Program-made: the position numbers and the translations under genes | Part shown: in pieces, positions 52,063 through 64,000 of the stretch | How positions within the stretch are numbered: position 1 is the first letter of the stretch | Layout of the letters: the number at the start of each line of letters is the position of its first letter | Assembly: GCA_951406725.2 (NCBI GenBank) | Contig: OX597815.1 | Span: 155,186,001-155,250,000, forward strand | DNA from: Octopus vulgaris | Taxonomy: Eukaryota | Length of the DNA stretch: 64,000 nt | Reading direction: 5' to 3' | Notes under the pieces: model-generated | What the model was told of the DNA's origin: nothing | The model's input: only the letters and a program-made list of their open reading frames with translations | Database searches by the model: none

Positions 52063-52117
52063 TAGAATAGTCCCTTGTCCAGGTTAATAGATTTCTTGTA
52101 TATAATCTTAACGTCCC

Positions 52118-52188
<71 letters not shown>

Positions 52189-53409
52189 AATGTGGAGTTC
52201 AAGAGAAATGGTTGAATCTGTGCTGCAGAGTACTATCGACAAGGAATCAATTTTATAAGCGGCGTACCTTTCTTTTATATGCAGTGCTGTTGGTAACTGT
52301 AAGTACGTACGCACGTATTTATATATGTACTCATGCATGCATGCATGCGTGTATGTATGTATGTATGTATGCATGCATGTATGTATTTGTGTGTGCTCGC
52401 GTATGTATGTACTTATGTACATAAGTACGTATGCGTGTCAAAATGTCTGTAGGTATGTTTGTATGTGTATATGTATGTATGTATGTATGTATATGTGTGT
52501 GTATGTGTGTATTATGTATGAACTATATGTAGTACAATTTAGCACGTCAGTGATGAATGCTGTTTCTTCTGTCCCTGATTTGAAAGCAATTCTAGTTAAA
52601 TCTGCTCAAGAAAGCTATGGCCAAATGATAAAAGGCACTCTATACATGACTCTCTTGCATTCTGTGTGTAGCTGGGACTACAGTATTTAATGTGTCCTCT
52701 TAAAATATTAGGATGTGTTTTGAGAGAGGTTGCGTTACTTTACTCTCTATTTCGATTACAAGTCTTGACATGTATCGCATAAGTTTTGAAAGGTTGTGGC
52801 GCAAAATACACATGAAGTGCACTTTAGATTAGTATACGATATTATGGAGGTTTCCATTCGATCATGATAAGAAAACGAATATGCATCAAACATGGGTTGA
52901 TTGAACATAAAGTTTGAAATGCAATGTAAAAAGGAAAGTCTCTAGTTACCAGGAAGCAAGAGAACGAAAGTATTTTTCGATACGAAAGAGTCTCAAGATT
53001 TCGTAGCCCTGATAGTGAGATCAAAGATAGTGTACTGGAAAAATGTACCGTAGGCAGTTAAATAACAATGAATATGTATATACTCGACCGTTTGTAAACC
53101 ATCACTGGTCTTGTCTCCTGGGAGTGAGTTACATTTATAGATGTAGTCCACTTGGGTTTTAAATCGATATATCATGATAATTGTGAGAAATAGATTCACT
53201 GTATGATTGTTAGATTGACTAAGTTAAAATACTCATGCTTTAATCGATACATCAGAAAGAATTATTCAAAGGGTTCCAAAGTCCCAGTGGGATATAGAAC
53301 TGTATTTTTGTATAGGTATCATTCAAATGTTTTGTTTCTTTATTTTGTTGTTGTAGTTGTTGTTTTCTTCTTCTTCCAATCATGACTCACGCCATTAGCC
53401 ACAAAGAAT

Positions 53410-53848
53410 AATCTCTAATTCGAGCCTACTCTAAGCTACTGAGAATGCGTGTGGCAACTTGAAAATCTACCCACCACACGCGATAGACTGGCGGTTGCAC
53501 TGGCGCGAAAGCTACGTTATTATCCTCATTCCGTAAATGGTGGCTTTTAACGGGCGGAGAGCTGAGCCATCCTGGGGTACGGAGGATTCGCAATCTAGAC
53601 TAGGGTGTGAAAGTTTACTAAACCATAATGGGTTTCACCATGGTTCCTCTGATTTGTGGTAGAAGTAGGAAGAGTGAGAGAAAGTTGTGGGGAAAGAGTA
53701 CAGCGGTGTTCACCCCCTCCTCGCCGGGGCCTCGTGGAGCTTTGGTGTTTTTGCTCAATAAACACTCACAATGCCCGGTCTGGGAATTGAAACCGCGTTC
53801 TTACGACCGCGAGTCCACTGCCCTAACCACTGGGCCATTGCGCCTCCA
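53410..53848 (-). mobile_element. Family R tRNA(Arg)-like-headed SINE with a different 3' half
   Basis: Minus strand ggaggcgcaatggcccagtggttagggcagtggactcgcggtcg..ggtttcaattcc. Similar to the 10078 copy only up to ~53660. Left boundary uncertain. Confidence 0.65.
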
Positions 53849-54962
53849 CTCGTTGTTGTTGTCGTCTTTGTAGTAGTAGTCGATGTTGTTCGACTCATGA
53901 TCCTTACTAATCGAATGCGTTCTAGTTAAGCCTTTTTATCTTTTTAATCTTATCTAGGAATACATTACCCAAAGCATCCTTCCGTTTCTCTTGACGGTAG
54001 GATGAGATTTGAAAGAGATTTACCAGCTATTTCTAGCAAATAGAATGACCACACAGAGCCCATTTTAAAGTTTAATTACGAAAACTCTCCTTACCTTTCA
54101 TCAATGATACTTATCAATATGTGAATAACTTTTTTTCTGTCAATTTTATGTTTACAAACACCATTCCGGATATATCTATTGTAAGAGCTTCATATTTAAT
54201 TAAGTTCTTTTAGAAATCTATTTCAGTCCAATGGGAATGAAATCTCAATTAAAAGACAATTTTGGCTCGATAATCTTATGAATAGGTATGTCCCAGTTTA
54301 TGCTTCATTTGTAATTTCCTGAAGACTTTTGTACTGAACACTTAATGTTATCTTCGTTGACAATTCCATGGTACAATCGGGTTTATTTCTATACTCAGTT
54401 ACATGGCTATAACTAGACGAATATGAACAATGTGGCTGTTTTTCTCTTCACAGTTTCTATATTTCCAGAACATTTTCTTTTCTCTTTCATTGCATGTTTT
54501 TAGTTGTAAGGCTCTGTTTTATTGATCAACAAGAGCTAACGATGTCGGTCTCCGCTCTAAGCTATGAGATTCTTTTAGTTTCTTCAACACTACTTAATCA
54601 TAGTAGGTACTGGCCATCTTGTTTATTCTTTTTATCTGTTTTACTTTTCAAATATCCTTTTTTTTTTCATTTATTTATCTTTTCTCTATTTTTATGGCAA
54701 CTGTTCTTTCTCAACATTTACTGTATGATAGTGACTTTCAATGATATTATTCTCTCTCTCTCTCCCTCCGTACACACATGCGTATGTGCTTTGTGTGTGT
54801 GCGTGTGTGTGCGTGCGTGTGTGTGTGTGCGTGTGTGTGTTTTTTTTTACTTCTTTTGAGGTACAAAAATACGAATACGTTCACTACAAACTTACGTTAG
54901 AAATGCATAAACTGTTATACGTCTGAAACGTAATCTTGTTTATCTTACACATGATTAATCTC

Positions 54963-55417
<455 letters not shown>

Positions 55418-55792
55418 CAAACCAGTTTTATTCGCTTCCAATCGAATACATAATAACTCTGGCTTATTATAACAGCTAAAAGTATTGACGCATAATCTTT
55501 TATTTTTAGCAGCATATAAGTAAAATAACATTTTGATTCTTAAACTACTGTTATTCCCTTCTAAACTTTACCTCGTTGATACTTTCTAATTCACTGAATA
55601 CTAGCTGTTTGTAAGTACGTACTTGCCCTATTTATCATGTCTAGCTTTCTTTACTTAGTATGTGGACGATTGATTTTTTGTTTTTCTCTCGTCAAAACTG
55701 TATAGAAATATTTCTCTAATCCTATATTACTGTCAATGTCTCTCAACCACTTATACGGTGTCCAGTTGTCTGTCACCTCCAGTATACACACG

Positions 55793-55858
<66 letters not shown>

Positions 55859-56430
55859 TATATATATATAGATATACACTATATATACATATACATACGT
55901 GTATATATATATATATATATATATACATACGTGTATATATATATACATACATACTAATCTCAAAAATCACTAATAAGTAAGGGAGAGCTTATCGCTACCC
56001 CCGTAGCATCTATAAATGATTCTAATGTATTTTTTAAACACTGAGAATATTGCTTAAGGTGAAATGAGACAAGAAAAATACTCTACACTTTTCAACATAC
56101 AAACGCACACACACGCACGCGCGCGCGCATATACACATACAACCATACTCACACATATATGTGTGTGATTATATGCATATACGTATATGTACAGTTTGCT
56201 CTTTCTATGTATCAGTATTTTAGCGCAATGAGGGAATTGGTTTTTACGAAGATACAAAAGCTCTATCATTGTTACATATTGAATGTGAAGAAATTCCCGT
56301 ATATTTTTAGCTGTTTCACTGAAAAGATTGTATTTATCGTTCGTGTTAGCTTTTGTCCTTGCTTCAAAATCGTGCTTCATCCAGATTGCACCTTAGGTAT
56401 TAACTCACATAACCGAGTGCGTCAAAACTT

Positions 56431-56588
56431 ATGTCCACTGTCCGACCGACGAATATTTAAAGCAAAGTCGAAATATGAGTATTCATTCGCCTACGGAACA
56501 AAAACAAGAAATTGCTCAGCTTCCAGTAAATACGTCATTCCAGTCTAGCTTATACTTTTTCGTCAAATGGTAACTCATGCAAGTGTGA
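56431..56588 (+). repeat. ~160-bp dispersed repeat, copy 1
   Basis: atgtccactgtcc.accgacgaatatttaaagcaaagtcg..aactcatgcaagtgtga; second copy at 63418-63597. Confidence 0.9.
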
Positions 56589-57188
56589 GCCCATACTCAT
56601 ATGTAAATTTATAATCAGAGTAGAGAAGGTACAGATTTTCACTGAAGAGTTGTTCGCATTTGCAAGGCAACTATCCTCTATGACATGTTATTTTCTCTTT
56701 CTTTCCTTTTTAGTTAATTTTGATCTGCCACCTGTTTGGTCTCAAGGTTGTGAAGGAAAGCATTTTGTTTTGTCTATTATCCATTAAATCTTAAAAGAGT
56801 AAAACAGATTTTTATTGTCCCATATATCGCGATCATTTGTAGCGTATGAATTAAGTAGTTGCATTCTTTCTCCTAGAACCCAAGAATAGCCATACTTTGC
56901 CCAGCCGTGTTTGTACGTATCTTGATGTTCTTTTAGTAGCAAGAATAAAACTAAAAGCGTACCTTGAATACTGCCTTTTCAAACTCTTCATCAGTTGTCC
57001 ATAGATGTTTTCTCTTTCTTGTATTTCTCTGTCCACTTTTGTATCCAGAGGAGAGAGGATTTCCATATCTGAGAATATTATTTTCTTGTGGTCGGCTGTT
57101 TTATCATGGTGGGTATTTAATTGTTAAGTTCCAACAGTATTCTTTTGATTCATCAGTCTCGGCTTTTTTGGTATACACACACACACAC

Positions 57189-57232
<44 letters not shown>

Positions 57233-58564
57233 GCAATGCATCCCGGCGTTGCCCGGGTGTTATGACCTACAAGCACATTGCATTGTTTGCTCCTTTTTTA
57301 TGGGTAGAATCGGCACTGCTGATATATAGTTAATGGAACAATGGAAGTTATTGTTTGTTTAATAGTGAAGGGCGAGGGTATAATTTGCATGGGTTTACGT
57401 GAAAGTGCTTTCTGTTCTTAAGAAGGATCAGAAACTATGTTTCATCGTATAACAGGGGATTAATACGATTTTGTCCAGAAATCCCGTTTCCAAAATTTTT
57501 AAATACCCCCATATCCCCACCGCAATTTCTTAATTTGTAACTGTTTGCATCTTTCTTTTATTTAAGTATAAAAATAGAGATTACGAATCTGGGAAATACA
57601 TATATATTTTTATAGTTTAATTTTTTCTTAAAGAAACACTCAATGCCCCTTCCCCAACCTTACCCGCTCATCACCTACCAGCTTTCAAAAAGCTAAAATC
57701 TCCCAATCTTTCACTTTTCTCTGATTTCTCCCGCATGCGTAGAATTCTACTGAAATAGTAGACTTAAAAAATAGCAGAGCACCACCAGAAAACCTGACAT
57801 GCTAGAAACAACAGGTAAACGACATTATTTCTGAAGAAAAAAGCTAAAAGTGAAACATTAGAAGTGTGTAGCTTTTTTAAGTGGTGAGATAATGCATAAA
57901 ATTCTTGAAGATTTGTATTCTCCATGGATTACCAAGAATAAAAATTTGAACAAAACAAAAAATGAATTTGGTGTGGAGAGGGAGAAAATTAAAATATTGA
58001 GAACGTGTTTTGTGGGTGAAATCCTAATCCCAAACATAGCAAACATAGAAATCGAATAAAAGTTTGGAAAACAAATAAGGGCATGGCGACGGAAGTGTCA
58101 CATCGGGCATGCTATAAAGAATATATAAAGGACAGGATTTCTGGGAAAACTTTCTTATAAGTTTATATCGAAGATCAGGTTTTTAAATACGCTCATCACA
58201 CATTCAAATTACACAATAGAAAAATATCATTTCAGTTCGATTTAAGCTGTAAATTTGCACGTGCACACTGCAAGAAATAACATAATTGGCATAAAAGTTT
58301 TACCTAAAGTGTGTGTTTGTGTGTGTGTGTCAAAGGAAGTTATTTTATGGCATTCTTTTTGTCTGAAGAAACAATGTTGTCAACTCGTCATATATGGGAT
58401 TATTCGTTAATTTCTGTAAAATTGTTCTAATTTCTGTATGCTTTGAAGAAAACAGAAATTGAAAGAGGGGATAAAATGAAAAGGCGACATTTGCTTTGAA
58501 GTGACAGGAGAAAGTAAAAGAGAGAAGAAAGTGTAAGATATACATGTGTATGAAATGGACGGAC

Positions 58565-58610
<46 letters not shown>

Positions 58611-61086
58611 GAGTGAATGAATGAAGGTGTTGTCATATATGAATCTTTTTGCATGTATGTGCAAGTGTCACTTGCTCTCTCTCTCTCACGCATTATCTTT
58701 CATATACACGAACATAACCTACAAATACATATGCATACATCATTTTTGCACGTGAGAAAGAGAGAGAGAGAGAGAATGACTTATTTTCTCATAACATATA
58801 GAAAAATGGATTATTTTAATGCAATTTTTGGGTTGTGGATTATTTTAATTTTAATAATATATACATGTGTACATTTTCATAAATGTTTGCGTAGAATTCT
58901 ACGTATGCATGAAACATCGGACGAAAATGAAACATTGGAAGCCAATTGAGATATTGTCCAAATATGACTGGAAAATTGTGCAATCCCACCTAGTTGCCGA
59001 GGTTATTTTAGTTATAAGAAAGATTTGTTGAGTCAAAAACAGTTTATTAGGTAGATAGATAGTAAGCAGCTTTCTTTATTAGAATACAGATGTGACTAAT
59101 TCAAAGAAACATTACTTTCATTATTCACACATCGTCGCTCTCGTAATGCAACACTTTGTAATTTTGGTTCAACTTGAAAGTGTGAAACTGTTTTCATTTA
59201 CTAATGAAACCTGGCCGTTATAGAGTAGTTGGAAATAACTATAGCTTGTTGTTGAGATAACGCAGAAAATATGTAAATGAAAATAAAGCTGATTGTCCTG
59301 GACTTAACATCAGTTGGTAAGAATAGAAGTAATTTGACGATACCGTTTTGTTTGTAACTGGCTATCCTGTTGCAGGTTCGGTCCGTGGAATATTGAAATG
59401 ACACCCATCTTGCCCATACCACAAAATAAGAGTATACCGGAGAGCATGATAAAAGGGATGAGTCTGTGAAACACTTTAAGGTTATCTCGAACACGAATGA
59501 GAATATTATGATTTTCATGGAGATCACCAACCATCAGGATGGCTACTTCATTAGATGTAGGCTCATTAAAACAGCGTAAAATGTTCTTTACTATAGTTTA
59601 CTATAGACGTAAGGAACACAGAAACACGCTCATGCAATTGATAATACTGAAAACAGCAAAATGTACACACACGAAGTTCAAGCGAAACGAAATGTAGTCA
59701 ATTTAGGTGCAAATCATGCTTTCTCTGGCATAGTTATTCTTTTAAAAAAATTAAATGTCACTAATTTAGCAACAGTTACTATGCGTCACCAATGTAACAA
59801 AGTACAGAAAGTCAACATTTATTTGGAACATGTACTAAATGTTATAAAATTCACGACTGAATATGACTGTGAAGAAAGAGAAAGTCCAAGAAATTCCAAA
59901 AGATATAATTCAATTTTTCATACAAAAATAATATATTTTACAATTTTGAAACGAACGCTGAATCAAGTGTATAGAAAGGAAGACGCTGTTGTTGTAACGT
60001 TAATTTAAAATATTTGCTGAAAGGTATACGTAGCAAGACATAAATGAATTTAACATTACTATATATTTTTTAACTACGTAACGTTATAGGCTGTAGAATA
60101 AATACTGACTAACGCTGTAAAAAGGTTATGCGATGTTGACACTCACAGAAGAATCTTAGGAGGACTGCGAAAAATCATCTTGAAACTGGTTAGGAGTGGA
60201 AAAACATTTCTGTAATTATATTGAAAAAGTCGCTGAGGCTTTCTACTTTGCCAAGTTTCCGAATTTGTTATAATAACCAGAAAGACATTTTTTTTTTTTT
60301 CAGATATATTTGCTAATATTGTGAGTGGTGTTAAATCAGTCAACTCTTCTTGTTGGTAGTACTTCAATGTGAATGCTGTTGTTCGTTTAAAGTCCAGGCC
60401 GCAACTAAGCTTTCAATATCCGCGCGTTTCGCTGTTGGGCGGGAGAAAGTTACATACATAAACTAAGACACACACACATACGTTAACCCACACCTGAATC
60501 CTATCTCTGTCCCTGTGTGTGTTGGCCGTCACAAACATATTTGTATACTGACAGACACATACACCATCACACGCATATACTTGTCAGTCATCGGCCTAAC
60601 GTAGGTAACGAATGCGCGAACACACTCATATAGAAAGTCTGACGTCATCGTCGTTGTGGTGGTGATATAAAATGATGTTTAAAATAGGTGACTAAAAGAA
60701 AAGGACAATGTTAAATATTTGTAATGCAAATATGTGAATCGAAATAGAGTTTAGTTGGTAGCCAAAAGCCTACTAAATATTTTGATACTCCATACGTCAA
60801 AACTGGCATCTCGGTGGTTTTGAAATACATAAGGAACATACCCCCCCCCCACATACACAACTTTCTTATATATATATATTTTATAGTTATAGATATAGTT
60901 ATAGATATAGATATACATATATATATGTATGTATATGTATATATATATATATATATATACATATATATATGCATGGTGTACATATATATATACGTGTATA
61001 CCGGTGTTTATATGTGTGTTGTATGCCTGAGTTTATATATATATATACGTATGTGTACATATACTTATTTATCTAGCTAGCTAGCT

Positions 61087-61126
<40 letters not shown>

Positions 61127-61156
61127 CGAGAGAGACAGACAGACTGACAGAGTGAC

Positions 61157-61259
<103 letters not shown>

Positions 61260-61389
61260 ATTGCCCATGAATCTGTGCAGCGATATTTGTTTTTCGATTT
61301 ACATTCTTGAGATATTGGAAGCAACAAATTATTTGTGATACACCAGTAATAAGAATTTACATTTCCAGAATATACACAACTCGTATAGT

Positions 61390-61396
61390 AATATTG

Positions 61397-61460
<64 letters not shown>

Positions 61461-61477
61461 TAATAATAATAATACTA

Positions 61478-61521
<44 letters not shown>

Positions 61522-61640
61522 TAATAATCATAATAATCATAATAATCATAATCATAATCATACTAAATAATAATAATAATACTAAATAATAATAATAATA
61601 CTAAATAATAATAATAATAATACTAAATAATAATAATAAC

Positions 61641-61706
<66 letters not shown>
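61390..61706. repeat. (TAA)n microsatellite, ~315 bp
   Basis: Directly visible. Confidence 0.95.
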
Positions 61707-62171
61707 CAATTCTGGGTTTTTTGTGCTGTTACTCGAAGCTGCGGCTTTGGAAGTTAGTTATTGAAGATTTAGTGAGACACGACCAAAGCTTTAGTAAAAT
61801 CATGTGTAAAATCTCGAAACTGAGATTGAATAACAAATCCGTAGTAAATATCTGAAACCAAATAGTTGCTAACCGGCCCGGGGTGGTGGTGAATGTTTTG
61901 TTAGGGCATCAGATGGATGGGCTGCCCATTTGTATCTATTTCACATCTCTGTGCTCTGCGTTTATAATCGTGCCTGGATCATTATTATCGTTTAGTAACG
62001 TCTTACGGGTGGATTAATAGCTACCACCCAACTCGGTCGCCGAACACCACCACCACCACCAAAAGTAAAACCATCGATTTTTTTTTCTTTTGTTTTTTGT
62101 TACGTTGTGAATTTATGTCCTTACTGACTATAAACAATCTAAAGTGACAAAGCGCTCGATAGATATTCACG

Positions 62172-62409
62172 GTGAGGAGGAGGAGGATGATGATGACGAC
62201 GACGGCAACGACGACAACGTGGAAGAAGAGGTGGAGGAAGGGGGGAGTGGAGGGGGAGGACAAGGATTATGATGCCGAAGACGACCACGACAACGACGAC
62301 TACGACTACGGCGATGACTCCGACGGCGACGGTGACGACAACGACGATGATGACAATGTCATCCACGATGACCTCGACAATGACGATGTTACTAATGATG
62401 ATGATGATA

Positions 62410-62441
<32 letters not shown>

Positions 62442-62466
62442 CACGATTAACACGACGACGACGACG
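62172..62466. repeat. Degenerate (GAG/GAC/GAT)n low-complexity tract
   Basis: Directly visible. Confidence 0.85.
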
Positions 62467-63146
62467 AACCATTGAAGTCATTGCAGCTGCCCTCTATTTC
62501 TGCGGGACAACCAACATCAGAAACAACACCCGTGCCGCCCTATATGCCAAAAGACCTAGGTACTTGCTGGTAGCCCAAGCAACGCTCTGTATTCCTTCAA
62601 GGCCATGCTCTTGAAAAATACAGTCGTAAGATACCACAAAATCGTGGTCCGCATCTAATGTTCAGAAGGGTACATCCTGCAGTATAAGCTGTATGTAAAT
62701 TGCAGTGTTGCATACCGATTTTTTTTTTTTTTTTTTACTCTATCTGACAGAATATAGTTTTTGTGTATGAAGGCCGACTTTAACATTATCTAAGCAGTAG
62801 ACAGACAGGCTATGATAGTCTGACATTTTGGATCAATTGTTACGTTTTGAGACGCTATTTGTTTTTCATATAGTAAACCAGCTTGGTGATTTTTTACTCT
62901 AGTTTTTTATTTGTTTTTGTTTGTTCTATTTTTGTAGTTGTGTGTTTTTTCGGGGGGTTCTTTTTTTTTTATCAAATTAAATTTGCAAAGACTTCGTAAG
63001 TACTTTCTTGGTGTTCCTGTAAGAAGTTCCAATAATTAATCGATATCAAAGAACGCTATTTCTGTGCTCCATTAATATTTTATATATTTCCAGATATGTT
63101 TTAGCATTTCGACGTCGTCGCCGTGGTCGTCGTCATCGTCGCAGTT

Positions 63147-63182
<36 letters not shown>

Positions 63183-63417
63183 TTTTCCTACTTTTACTTC
63201 TATTTCTCCCCTTCTCTTGCTTTCCCTCCACTTCCCCTTCCTTCCTTTTATGGCCTGCTATCCTCTCTGTCTCTCTCTGTCTCTCTCTGTCTCTCTCACC
63301 TTTAATTTCCCCGACTTCTCCTCCTAATTCTCATCCTTTCTCTTGCCGGCATTTCATCCCTGCTCTCTTATCCACAAATCCTCTTGTGACCATGAAACTC
63401 CGCTCCGCTTGTCTCCA

Positions 63418-63597
63418 ATGTCCACTGTCCTACCGACGAATATTTAAAGCAAAGTCGAAATATTAGTATTCATTCACCTACGGAACAAAGACAAGAAATT
63501 GCTAGTATTGACTCACGCTGACTCAGCTTCCAATAAATACATGTCATTCCATTCTAGCTTATACTTTTACGTTAAATGGTAACTCATGCAAGTGTGA
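63418..63597 (+). repeat. ~160-bp dispersed repeat, copy 2 (with ~20-bp extra segment)
   Basis: Matches 56431-56588. Confidence 0.9.
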
Positions 63598-63648
63598 TCC
63601 TGTGATTATATGTATGTATGCATGCATGTATGTATGTATGTATGTATG

Positions 63649-63679
<31 letters not shown>

Positions 63680-63681
63680 GT

Positions 63682-63808
63682 GAAGGAACATGGTTCAGTG
63701 GTTAGAATGTTGGGCTCACAACCATGAGATAGTGAGTTCGCTTCCAGGACAGGGCTGTCGTATTTTTCAGTAAGACATTTATTTCTCGTTGCTTCAGTTC
63801 ACTCAAAC
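63682..63808 (+). mobile_element. Family M SINE head fragment
   Basis: gaaggaacatggttcagtggttaga..gtgagttcg..taagacatttatttctcgttgcttcagttcactca matches the 24144 copy. Confidence 0.7.
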
Positions 63809-64000
63809 CGGAAAAAACGGCGAAATGCGCATCTGTCTCCTGCAGAGTCGCTTCCAGGACGATTCCGTTTCGTCTTGCCCTGAAGAATATTGTATTTTAA
63901 TCCAAGATGTCTGTCAATGGATCCTGTCAAGGACGATCACTACAGCTAAGAAATAAGCTATCAGATTTGAAGCCAGTTTGAACAGTCCCAAACACAAAAC

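Noticed and set aside
55715-55790. NPILL-encoding stretch as the receptor TM7 exon
   Set aside because: No NPxxY tyrosine and no preceding WLGY.NS motif; runs into a microsatellite.
62477-62560. AG...GT bounded GC-richer segment as a receptor exon
   Set aside because: The frames I translated do not resemble ECL3/TM7, and the acceptor lacks a polypyrimidine tract.

Overview
AT-rich, microsatellite-dense animal genomic DNA. The repeat families and their density suggest an octopod cephalopod (inference, not confirmed). There is one host gene: a large coding exon (29644-30667, +) of an aminergic class A GPCR, closest in motifs to alpha-1 adrenergic receptors. It covers the N-terminus to the end of TM6 and stops at a phase-1 GT donor matching the vertebrate ADRA1 intron position. 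I could not find the TM7/NPxxY exon in the remaining ~33 kb. The rest is mobile DNA: degenerate LINEs (R4/Dong, Tx1/L1, RTE, CR1-like), four mariner remnants, a Tigger/pogo element, MITEs, a non-autonomous Helitron, several tRNA-derived SINE families and many simple repeats. Almost all other ORFs in the track are microsatellite artefacts. The most unusual non-coding structures are two long palindromic repeat pairs carrying minimal hammerhead-ribozyme-like cores. One pair is fused to a tRNA-like Pol III head. Several fold-back structures also lie in the receptor intron. All alignments and folds were judged by eye.
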